Assembly: GCA_001600695.1 (NCBI GenBank)
Contig: BCKQ01000001.1
Location: 1,482,827-1,510,169 of the forward strand
Length of the DNA: 27,343 nt
Origin: Ascoidea asiatica JCM 7603
Lineage: Eukaryota > Fungi > Ascomycota
Reading direction: 5' to 3'
The notes beneath the pieces were generated by a model. The model did not search any database and was not told the origin of the DNA. It worked only from the letters and a program-made list of their open reading frames with translations. Positions 1 to 10,488 of the stretch are shown in pieces. The stretch's first letter is position 1; every line of letters starts with the position of its first letter. A program made the translations under genes and the position numbers.

Positions 1-778
1 TAAATACTTTTTGAAGAAAAATAAAGTAAAAAAAATGAAACTTCAAAAATTATAGAGTAAAGATTCAATCTCATTTTTATCATCTTGATAATTTCAAAAA
101 TAAATGATATTAAATATAGCAATTTGAAAATTAGTGCTTCTATGTAAATATCATAACAATTAATTGGAGGTATTATAATAAGATTATCTAAATTATTTCT
201 ATCTTCTTTATCTTTTTTGTCATCAATATTTTTTATACCAATGGGAAATCCATTTATCATTAATATATTTGTAAAGTATTGATTTCCATTGTTTGCTTCA
301 AACCACTGGAATCGCTTGGGCTTAGAATTTCGAGGAACAGAAATCATACCAACGAGTTTGTATTCAACAAATCTAAAACCTGCAGGAATATTGATAATAT
401 TTTTATTATTATCTCAAGTCAAAATTTTATTAATTTTTCTATTTTGGAGAAAAGTAAAAAAATTCTTGAAATTCTTTTTTGTATAAACATATACAATTGT
501 AAAAGAAATAAAAATAGAACAGATTAAAAGTAATGAGAATAAAATTAAATCAAATTGAAGTAAATTCAAAATAAAAAATTCAAAATAAAAAATTTAATAT
601 TAAATAAAATAATAAATCCCGAAAACCATAAAAATTTTTCCAAAAAACATGAAGCATCTTTTTCTAATAGTGGATATCTATCATAATTTCTACTAAAGAA
701 TATTAAGCATTTTATCATTTTAATTATTGGAAAAGAAAGCATTAAAGCTGGAAAAAACGTATCTATTGAGAAGCCCAT
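1..778 (-). pseudogene. Disabled copy of the orphan multi-TM membrane protein gene (paralog of 26577..>27343); runs off the left edge
   Basis: ATG at 778 (MGFSIDTFFPALML...) is colinear with the right copy. A tandem duplication of TTCAAAATAAAAAA (565..592) shifts the frame to a TGA at 566-568. A second TGA lies in the original frame at 414-416; that frame is otherwise open to position 1. Confidence 0.8.
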
Positions 779-1015
779 TGATTATTAGTAATGTTATTAG
801 TGATGATTGTTTTTTTATTAATACCTAGACATATACTGTATATACTGTATATATATAACTATCATATGGATGTATAAATTTTCATTAAAACATAAACCAA
901 AAGAAATCAGTGAGTTTATATATAATTCCACAAATTCCATGGTTGCTAGGTAAATTAAAAGCAATCATAACAAGTTCATAAATCGAAATAATTTTATTTT
1001 TAACTTGCTAGAAAG
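1..1015. repeat. Left arm of a >=1-kb inverted repeat bounding the window (partner 26340..27343); weaker similarity continues to ~1170
   Basis: Hand alignment to the reverse complement of the right end. 1..118 and 417..578 are identical, and 779..1015 has 2 mismatches. About 45 substitutions plus a 3-bp and a 14-bp indel overall. Confidence 0.97.
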
Positions 1016-1163
1016 GGAGCACTCAACCCCAATTGAAAATAAAAACATTTTTCAAAAACTTTATTTAGGAACCTTCTTTAGTTTGCTTAGCATTTTAGAG
1101 ATATCTGACTCAAATAGATATCATCAAATTATAAAAAAAAAACGTTATTTCAAAACTTGCTAG

Positions 1164-1406
1164 ACAGTCATTGTTACAGATGCTATAATTGCTGTATTCG
1201 ATGGATATTTTGAAGAATCAAAGAGAGACGTGACCTATAGGAGTGATTGAATTATTGAACTTGTTAGTAATGCTGATAATATTCCAATGAATGAATCGAT
1301 TATATCCTTCTTTCCAATGTTATACCACTTGGTGAAGTACGTTGATGAGAATAAAAAGGGATATAACAATAACAATAACAATTTATCTAAGTATCTAAAT
1401 CAATAA
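1164..1406 (+). pseudogene. Possible decayed coding fragment of unknown origin
   Basis: 80 codons with one internal TGA (1248-1250): TVIVTDAIIAVFDGYFEESKRDVTYRSD*IIELVSNADNIPMNESIISFFPMLYHLVKYVDENKKGYNNNNNNLSKYLNQ. Protein-like composition, including the Asn run typical of CDSs here; no ATG at its start. Confidence 0.3.
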
Positions 1407-1495
1407 ATCAAGGTCAGGCAGAAACAACAAATGTTTATATAAATTCTCACGACGCCAATATGGCGGGGACTCTTCTCAATTCGAAAAACACAAGG

Positions 1496-1503
1496 CACGT
1501 GAC
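1496..1503. promoter_or_regulatory. Cbf1-type E-box (CACGTGAC) in the PCL promoter
   Basis: Exact match to RTCACGTG (reverse strand) inside a GC-richer island ~310 bp upstream of ATG 1813. Confidence 0.55.
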
Positions 1504-1812
1504 TACTGTTTAAACTGGATTTGATTTCAAAAACAGTGATCAAAGTCAAAGTGGATCAAAACTTTATCTTTGGGTGGTGGTTGAGTGTTGAGTGTTGAGT
1601 GTTGTTAGCTTCACGGTTTAAATTCCTGGACAAAAAGCAGCGGTTCAATTGTACTGTAGAGTATGTAAATAACAAATCAAATTATCTATCAATTTATATT
1701 CTAAGAAGTAGCTGACTATTAATAGGGTTTATTCTCCTATTTATAAACAATTATCCATGATAATACTAATAATAATATAGAATATATTATAACATATACT
1801 GTTTGATAATCA

Positions 1813-3156
1813 ATGATAATTGATAAAGAAATGGCAGAAGTTGTATCTAAATTAGCATCAGCATCAACAGATTCAATTCCATTAAGAAAACATCGTCAAA
1901 CATTTGATAATAATTTTGAATATAGCTATGAGAATCATAATGATAACAATATGGTTGAAAAACATATAAAGAAATTAAAAGATAGTGATAGTGAAAGTAC
2001 TAATAACAATAACAACAATAATAATAATAATAATAATAATAATAATTCAAAAATAAAAACAAGAACAAAAGAAGAAGAAGAGGGAAATGAAATGAAAGAT
2101 AATTTAAAACCGATAAGTAGTTTAGATGAATTATTCAAAGAACTTAGAAAAAATTATAAAGAAGAAAATTTAGAAGAAATTTCAAAAATTATCGAAAATA
2201 GAATCAATTCAAAATTATCAAGATTAATTTTTCTAAATACAATTACAAATTTAATGGATTTATCAAAATCAAAATCTATTAATAACAATAATAATAATAA
2301 TAACACAATCAATGATTTTGTTTCAAATTTCAATTCAAATAAAAAAATATTAAAAAGACCAAAGATTAAAATAAAAAATTGTATATTTGATTCTAAATCA
2401 CCTTTAAAAAATATAAATATAAATAGTAAAACAATTGAATTTGATCCAAGTAAACATTATAGTGATATAAAATTTAAAGATAAAAAACCAATTCATTTAA
2501 GAGATTATAGTATTACCAAAACTATATTTTCTGATCAAGCTAATAATCAAATAAATAATCAAGTTAATGAAAAGGAAACCGAAAAGGTTATTAAAGATGA
2601 TAAAAACATTAGTGATAATTGTAAAAAATTAAGTGATCAAGATAAAATTTTATTTAAAAGATTTAATTTAAAAATTCCACCAAAAATTTCAATAAATTCA
2701 TATATTAAAAGACTTGAAAAATTTTTAAAACTTTCACCTGCAATTTATTTAACATCATCATTTTTTCTATTTAAATTAATTTTTTTAAAAACAAATTTTG
2801 AAATTTCATTAAATTTAAATAATTTTTTTAGAATAATTTTATCAATTATTGATATTTCAAGTAAATTAATTGAAGATTTAAATTTTAAAAGAAAATTTTT
2901 TTGTCAAGTTGTTGGTATTGAAAATAACGAATTAATTCGATTGGAAGCAAGTTTATTATTTTTATTAGAATTTAATATTTGGGTAAATAGTGATAAGTTA
3001 AGTAATCATTTAATTGATGTTATGTTATTAAATGATAAAGTTAAAGAACTTTCAATAACTAAAGATAAAGACAATAAAGACAATAAAGACAATAAAGACA
3101 ATAAAGACAATAAAGACAATAAAGACAATAATCAAAATGAACAGAATGTACTGTGA
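1813..3156 (+). CDS. Pho85 cyclin, Pho80 subfamily, Pcl8/Pcl10-like
   Basis: C-terminal cyclin box: FNLKIPPKISINSYIKRLEKF...PAIYLTSSFFLFKL...NFFRIILSIIDISSKLIED...FCQVVGI...ELIRLEASLLFLLEF. Long low-complexity N-terminus. The start could be 1813 or 1831. Confidence 0.85.
   Translation: MIIDKEMAEVVSKLASASTDSIPLRKHRQTFDNNFEYSYENHNDNNMVEKHIKKLKDSDSESTNNNNNNNNNNNNNNNSKIKTRTKEEEEGNEMKDNLKPISSLDELFKELRKNYKEENLEEISKIIENRINSKLSRLIFLNTITNLMDLSKSKSINNNNNNNNTINDFVSNFNSNKKILKRPKIKIKNCIFDSKSPLKNININSKTIEFDPSKHYSDIKFKDKKPIHLRDYSITKTIFSDQANNQINNQVNEKETEKVIKDDKNISDNCKKLSDQDKILFKRFNLKIPPKISINSYIKRLEKFLKLSPAIYLTSSFFLFKLIFLKTNFEISLNLNNFFRIILSIIDISSKLIEDLNFKRKFFCQVVGIENNELIRLEASLLFLLEFNIWVNSDKLSNHLIDVMLLNDKVKELSITKDKDNKDNKDNKDNKDNKDNKDNNQNEQNVL
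3067..3129 (+). repeat. Coding minisatellite (AAAGACAAT)x7 encoding (KDN)7 at the cyclin C-terminus
   Basis: Seven perfect 9-bp units read directly. Confidence 0.95.
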
Positions 3157-4013
3157 AAACAGTTGAATATTATATCATATTATATTATACTATATTATAT
3201 TATATTTGAATGATTAGATAACTTATAATTTAAAGAATAAATATTTATTTTCATATTAACATGATCGAATTGAGTATACCCTGTTTTGGGTACGTCTTGA
3301 TTTACTTACCGTTATGTCCCATGATTAGATATCAACGCTCCTAATAAACATTTTTGAGACAATCACAAGTCAGCTGACATGCACTTTTCTCTAATTTATT
3401 TCCGAGGGTGTTTTTATCCTGTTTCATTTTTTTCCGCTGTTTAAGTTCAAATCCAAATCCATCTGTGGAAAAAGTCATCCGGATGCAGGACCGGCTGTTC
3501 TGGTCGCGGATACGTCGGCGTTGTGTTGCCAGTGCTGGGTTCTAATTACGTAATCGCAGCTGTCATCAGCTCTAACTCATTCTTTGGCTTGTGAGCAGAT
3601 TTCATTCACTTCTTGAGTATCTATAAAAAATATAAATTTGAAGTTATTAAAAATTATTATTAATATAATTATCAACTATCAATCAACCATATAAAGAAAC
3701 TTAATAAAAATATACAATTATAATATTATTCCCTACAGATCATATATATTTACTCAAATTTATATAATCATATCGAAATAATTATCTTAGGAAACCATTC
3801 TTATTTTTTTACTCATTAACTCAATACTCTTCAGATAGGATTCGTGTAGCAAGAATTTAAAAAGATTCAAACAAGTATTAAAATAATACTCCTATAATCT
3901 AAACTAATCTAATCTATAATATACTGTAAAAAAATACAAAATTATATAATTTCACAAACTTAATCATCCCAATTACCTCAATATATTCAAACTTATAACA
4001 ATAATCATTTAAA

Positions 4014-4994
4014 ATGCTATTTCACTTATTATCTTTATTATACTTGTCAACTTCTGTTCAATCATTTGACTGTAAATCAAAACATTTACCATCAAATATA
4101 AATTTTGATAAAATTAAAGGCCTACATTCAATTTCAATAACAAAAGATACTCCACCTTCATTTTCAAACTTAACTTGGTTTATAAATATTTGTGGTTCAA
4201 TAGATATAAATAATTTAAACTTCAATAATAATAATAATGACAATAAAAATGATAATGATAATAAAGAATTATTGAAAAATTGTCCAAAAAATTCTCAAAT
4301 TTGTGGTATAAAACAAATTTCATTACCTGGTGAATCTCCAATAAGGACTGAAATTATTTCATTTCCTGAATCAATTAAATCAAATTATTTTATAAATTAT
4401 AATTATCTCGATGATTCAATATCTAATGATAATAATAAAAATACAACTGAATTAGATGTTTCTTTAAATGGTGCATCTTGGGGTTCGCATTCAATTGATG
4501 CAAATTTAAAATTTATATGTCCCTTAGATATAAAAAATATAGATGATTCAAATGATGAAAAAAATATTAATTTAAATTGGAATGAAAATAATTTAAATTT
4601 AACTTGGTATACTTCAATTGCTTGTATTTCTTCAAATAATGATGATAATAACGATGATAAACCAAGGGATGGTGATAAAGATGGTAACAAAGATGGCAAT
4701 AAAGATGGTAACAAAGGTTCAAATCCCGATGATGATTTAGATGGTAAAGGTGATAGTTCTTGGGGGTTATTTACTTGGCTTTTTATTTTCTTAGTTTTAT
4801 TATTTGCAAGTTATATAATTGGTGGTGCTTGGTTAACTATTTCAAGAAGAGGCTCTTATCCAACTGATTTAAATGATGCTGTTCATGAAGTTTTTGATAC
4901 AATGGTTGAATTAGCTAAAGATTTACCACATTTTGTAATGGAAGTTGTTTCAAAATTTTTTGGTGGTTCAAGAGGTGGTTATTCTGCTGTTTAA
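4014..4994 (+). CDS. ATG27: Autophagy-related protein 27, type I membrane protein
   Basis: Signal peptide; Cys-containing MRH-like lumenal domain (TPPS..W.INIC, CP..SQICG, F.C, W.TS.AC); SWGLFTWLFI TM helix; C-terminal GGYSAV sorting motif as in yeast Atg27. A (DGxK)x4 repeat lies at 4668..4715. Confidence 0.93.
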   Translation: MLFHLLSLLYLSTSVQSFDCKSKHLPSNINFDKIKGLHSISITKDTPPSFSNLTWFINICGSIDINNLNFNNNNNDNKNDNDNKELLKNCPKNSQICGIKQISLPGESPIRTEIISFPESIKSNYFINYNYLDDSISNDNNKNTTELDVSLNGASWGSHSIDANLKFICPLDIKNIDDSNDEKNINLNWNENNLNLTWYTSIACISSNNDDNNDDKPRDGDKDGNKDGNKDGNKGSNPDDDLDGKGDSSWGLFTWLFIFLVLLFASYIIGGAWLTISRRGSYPTDLNDAVHEVFDTMVELAKDLPHFVMEVVSKFFGGSRGGYSAV

Positions 4995-5306
4995 TATTAA
5001 ATTCTAATATACATCATATTCTACTTTAATAATATCAATTTCAACTAAATTACAATCAATTTACCTTTATTATCAAATTCAATCAATTTCAAAAAAAATT
5101 TCAAAAATTTTGCAATTTCTATCTTGTATCAATAACTTATATCTGAACTCATCTAATATCTTGCGATTCACTATTCTGTTTTTATTTTTATTTTAATTTT
5201 CATTTTTATTTTCAATTTTTTTTTTATTTTTATCTTTTTATAAAAATTTCATAAACTAATAACCCTTTTCTACTCACAATAATATTAATAAATACTTATA
5301 ACAATT

Positions 5307-5787
5307 TCATTTTGTAATTCCAAATATTTTATTCATACCATCAATTGTATTATTAACTGTAGTTTCAATATAATTCTGTTTTTTTTTTAATGCGGATATT
5401 GAATCTTTTGTATCTTTATCAGATTTATTTAATTCTTTAATATAATCATCTGTTGGCATTTTCATAAACATTTTACCACATCCTTTCCAAACTTCATTAA
5501 TTTCTCCACTTTCTTCTAAAAGTTCTTGTTTTGTTAATTCATTTAATTTTAATGAATTATTTCTACGTTGTAATTGAATATTAACCATTTTAAGTTCCGC
5601 TTCATTTCTACGAAGATTTTGATCCATTTCCATTAAAAGCTATTCCATGATTGAAATTTTGTTAATAAAGTTGATCTTAAACTAATTCTTTACAAAATAA
5701 AAAAAAATCTATTGAAATATATTATTTATTAAATTTTCATTTATAGTTATTTCATACCTTTTGTAAAGCTTGTGGAGGCATAGACAT
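5307..5787 (-). CDS. PFD1: Prefoldin subunit 1, two exons: 5758..5787 and 5307..5639 (120 aa, MSMPPQALQK|LLMEMDQNLRR...)
   Basis: Coiled coil / beta-hairpin (VWKGCGKMFM) / coiled coil prefoldin-beta layout. Phase-0 intron 5640..5757 with GTATGA donor, TATTAAC branch (5661-5667) and TAG acceptor. The joined N-terminus matches the fungal Pfd1 'ALQKLL.E' pattern. Confidence 0.88.
5640..5757 (-). other. Spliceosomal intron of PFD1 (118 nt)
   Basis: GTATGA...TATTAAC...TAG on the minus strand; splicing joins the two exons in frame. Confidence 0.85.
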
Positions 5788-6037
5788 TCTTGAAAACTCT
5801 TATTTTTATTTTTCAATTTGTAAACCTCAGTTTATTAAACTCCTTTTCAATATTCAATTAATTCAATTGACCACTATTTGATATAAAGTCTTCTAACCCT
5901 TTTTGATTATCTCTCTTATTAAACTCAAATGAATAAAGTTAGCTTGTTTGATTCATTTCATTACTTATCAGTTCAACTCAAAAATGTGAGACCTAATTTC
6001 TAAATTCAAAATAACAATCTCAAGTTTCAAAAAGCGG

Positions 6038-6045
6038 TTACCCGG
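6038..6045 (+). promoter_or_regulatory. Reb1-type site TTACCCGG upstream of PFD1
   Basis: Exact Reb1 consensus ~250 bp upstream of the PFD1 ATG, in otherwise AT-rich DNA. Confidence 0.55.
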
Positions 6046-6573
6046 ATATCACTATAAAAGGGATTCATCTATTTTATTATTATTTTTTCTTTCTTTAAAA
6101 ACACTTTAAATCTCTAAGAGTAAAGATCATTTAAATAGCTATAGTCATATATAGAAATAAATTTAGATATTTATATTCCATTAATCTTTTTTTAAATCTT
6201 CGTAGATTTTTTTTTCAATTTTTTTTAATTTTTACTTTTTTTGCTATTTGATGATAGAACTTTTACCCAATGATGCAGTTTGTAAGAACTGCAGGACTTT
6301 ATCTTCTAATAGATATTGGACTAACGGAACATTGGTATATCAATTGAAAAATTACTAAGAATTTTCACTGAGTTTACTCATCTTTTTGAATACTTAATTT
6401 TTTTTCTACATCTTTTCGAAAAATAGGAGAAAAAATTATTAATTAATGCAAAATAAACATTTATATTATAATATAAGTTTGGGACATCCAAGTTTTAGAG
6501 AAAAATATCTAATGAAAAAAAAAGTTACAAAAAAAAATCTATAAAAGCTTTAAAAAAAATTCATAAAATATAG

Positions 6574-9500
6574 CTAGATTTTAGGCATTTTATTAACTGG
6601 TTCTTCACTAAAAGAACTTTTAGTATCCTCTATTTCTTCACGCTCTCTTTTTTGAGGATTTGATTTTACTTCATTGACACTTTCAATTTTCTGTTTGTTA
6701 TTGTCCACTAAGATATGCTCTTCCTTTTCTTTAGGAAAATCAATTATTTGCTTTATATGTTGATCAGAACCGTCCAAATGTTTATCTTTTTCGTTTGATT
6801 CCTTTACTGGCTCAACCGAACTCTTATCCGATAATTTCAATGAAGGGGATCGAGGAGTTCCAGGCACTTTCTCTTCTATAAGAGATTTTTCCGGTAAATC
6901 TTTATTCATACATTCATTACTTTTGGTTTCAATTTCTTTTTCGATAACCAGTGGAGTAGCTGATTTTAAAGAAACCTTTTCATCATCCTTTGGTAATCCG
7001 ATTACCGAGGGTTTCATAGGTTGAATATCTGATTCTTTTTCAATTACATTTGAGGTAGTTATACCTTTAGGAATGTCTTCTAAACTTTCTTTTTTCTTAT
7101 TGTCCACTTCTTTTAGATTGATATTTTGGTTCACATTCTTCTCTACAACAGATTCCCTCAAAATAATATTCTCCGATTTATTCAAGCCATCTACCTCGGT
7201 CTTATTATCAGTTTCTAGCTTAGTTTCATTGATTTTTTGAGGGTCGTCTTTTCTAATGGAAGAAATTTGAACTTTATCCCCAAGACCTACTTCTTTTTCT
7301 TCAAAACTTTCATCCTTTGATTCAGGAGAGATTGTAACTTGAGGTTTTTCATTTACTGGTTTTACAGTTTCTTCTGCTTTTATTGTTGTATTTTCTTTTC
7401 TTTCAAAAAAAGGCTTTTCATAATATCCCTCCATATCGGTATCATTATCCATATCAATTTTATTATACTCCATAGACTTTGGAGGTGATACTCCTTTTGA
7501 TTTTTGTTCTTTTTCGGTAAAGTTCTTCTTAGTTTGATCTATACTAATTTCTTTTTTATTTATAGAAACATTCTGAATGTCTTGTTTTTCTTTCGATTCT
7601 GACTTAGAAATGATATTAGATGAGTCAACCTTTGGTTTATTGTGCTTATCAATATTTGAAACATTGATATCTTTCATCTCCACATCTTCATCAAATTGCT
7701 TCATTTCATGTAATTTATTAGCAAGTAATTTTTCCGAGACTGACTGCGTCACAAAAGGTTTCATTTTTTCTCCAACAATCATATCTTTTGCTGGTTCTAA
7801 AATTTTTTTATTAGGCTTTTTGATAACACTATCTTCCTCCAGAATCATTGGAAGTTTTCGACTCTCAGCCAGTGAAGGGGTTACAACATCATCTTCGTCA
7901 ACAATAGCAATTTCTGGAAAAATATCTGAGATTTCTTTGGCTTCTGAATCACCGGCAATTATTTTGTCCAATTCATGTTCAAAGGCAATTAACGAAGGTG
8001 TTCTTACTTTAATTGCAGTAGGAATACCGGTAGATAAAAGGTTCCCATATTTGGCTGGTTTAGAAGAATGTGATACTGGTTTAGATATAGAAGATGATCT
8101 ACTATCTTTGGAAGTATTACCTATAGATCCAATAATACCAATTTCACCATCCAATTTGTCTAAATCTAAAGGAGAACCTATTGAAAATATTTCCTCTTTT
8201 TTTTCAGTTTTGACAACCGGTTTTTTATCAATAGTTACAGAAGATTTTACACCACTTGAAAGCTGAGTAGTTCTGTTTTTGGTTTCAATTATTTGAGATA
8301 AAGCCTTCGGAATAAATTGAGATTTGTTTATTGACGTTAAAGCTGTGGTTTTATTTGTAAGAAGAGGACCTTTGTTTACATTTATTATTTCTTTTTTGAC
8401 ACTTATAGGTTCTTTTGAAATTGAATTCCCTTTCAATCTATTAAGCTTATTAGCTGAATTTACATTGGGTTTGTTTGATTGAGGATTAAGGGCCTCTCTC
8501 TTCGCGTTAATTTGCCTAGTAATATAGTTATTTACTGGATTTTTATTTAAACTGTTCCTTATAGTAGGATTTTTAGTTAAACTGTTCTTAATTGTAGAAT
8601 TTGTATTTAAATTGTTTTTGATTGTAGAATATGAATTTAAATTGTTCTTGATTGTAGAATTTGCATTCATAGTGTTTTTGATTGTAGAATGTGTGTTGAC
8701 AGGAGTAACTTTTATTGAATTTTTATTTGAAAAATTTGGTTGTTTTATATTATTTGAAGTAAAGTTTGAAGTCTTACTGTTCAAAGATTTTGGAATCACA
8801 TCGGAAACTTTAATATCAGAATCTGCTAGATTTTTCACATTTAAAATGGAAGATTTAAAAGGAGGCTTACTATTATTTGAGTTTAAATTAGTAAGTTTAG
8901 AATTATTAACAGATTTCAGAGGAAAGCTTTTGATATTTGTATTATTGTTCAGAGTATTAACTAAAGGAATTGATGAAACCTTTATGGATTTATTTAAAGG
9001 TATTAAAGGAATGGATCGTGGTTTTGGCTTATTATTGAAGGTAGAATACTTATTATTTATATTGGAAGTATTTTGTTGTTTTGGAGCCGATACAGGAAGA
9101 TTTGGCTTTGATTTTTGGATATTTCTTGTAGGTGGAGCCAAGGGTGGAGGTGGGCTAACCTTTACCTTACCATTTGTTATTTCTTTTGTTGTTTGTTGCA
9201 AAGCAATTAAAAGGATATTTGTTACACTAGCAGGATTTTTTTCAATTATTGTTTTTAATGGATTTTTTATATTATTTTTCTTAGCTATGATGTTAACTTG
9301 TTTAATTGTTGTTGTTAATGTGCTAGTAATAATCTTTTTAACAGTTTCATAATCTAAATCAGTTAAATCTTTTGTTAACCTTATTAGTTCTGTTTGTAAA
9401 TATCTCATAGAATCAGAATCAATAGGTGAATTATTTGATTTTGAAGGTGTAGCTGCATAACTAGTAGTTGTAGGCCTTACAGTATTTTGAGCGGAAGCAG

Positions 9501-10442
9501 GAACAGTGCTTCTCGGCTGATTGGATATAGTTGTCTGAGGTTTGAATTTATTTAATGTAGAAGACGTTTTAGGTGCTGTAGTTTGATTTCGAGCAACTTG
9601 TGGTTTATAAGGGGAACTTTTTTGAGAATTGATAGTATTGAAAACTGGCTTATTTACAGGAATCGGTTTGAATGAAGAATTTGAAGGATTTATCAGTTTA
9701 GCATCAGTTGGAGTAGTAGATGAATATGAACTATTATTTAGACGATTTTGTGGATTAGTTATGGTTGATTTTATTTGATTATTGCTATTATTGATATTAT
9801 TATTATTACCATTATTAGCAGTATTATTATTATTATTGTTATTGTTAGTAGTAGTAATGCTATTTGGAATGTTACTTCTTGATGAAGTTGTTGCTTCGAT
9901 TTTTAAAGCAGCGTTTTTAAGTTTTGCAGTAGCAGCTAATTGTTGTCGTTTTTTCTGCCTTTCTCTTTCAGCACAATAAACTTCATCTAATCCCCAAAGC
10001 CAACCTTTTCCTTCTTTTGAAACTTTCATAAATGCTTTATTTGATGATAAATTATGACGAACAGAGCTTTTCCAACTATCAGAACAATATTTATAATAAG
10101 GATATAAAATTTGAATTGATTTATAGATTTCAGATAATGACATACCTTTTGGAGTACTATAAGTTTTCAAACAATGAGCAATTAAATTTGAATATGAAAA
10201 AGCAGGTTTTTCTCGATATTCTATAGGAATTTCATCAACTGTATAAACTTTTTTAATAACTTTCTGCCTTTTTGGAGGTTCGATTTTTTTCCTTTCAATT
10301 GGAATATTTGATTGGATTTGAGAAGGTCCAATTTTTTGATGATTATTTTGAAGCATACTCAAAGGAACTTTATCATTAACAAGTCCTTTTGCATTATTGA
10401 AAGAAGTATTTCTATTATTATTGTTATTGAAATTGTTAGCGA

Positions 10443-10488
<46 letters not shown>

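Noticed and set aside
279-527. 82/83-aa ORFs open in both arms (279..527 +, 26814..27065 -) and 289..486 +
   Set aside because: They start at TTG rather than ATG and lie antisense to the longer 255-codon frame; being shared follows simply from the repeat.
414-1250. In-frame TGAs (414-416, 1248-1250) read as Trp, i.e. mitochondrial-derived DNA
   Set aside because: The same frames use TGG for Trp, the left copy also has a frameshift, and no mitochondrial gene similarity is recognisable.
1580-1604. (GTTGAGT)x3.5 G/T-rich repeat as a telomere seed
   Set aside because: Too short, with no telomeric context; likely a simple promoter microsatellite.
3470-3600. GC-rich patches (also 12230-12660, 16660-16810, 26000-26180) as tRNA or other ncRNA genes
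   Set aside because: No A-box/B-box pair or cloverleaf found; position and motif content fit promoters.
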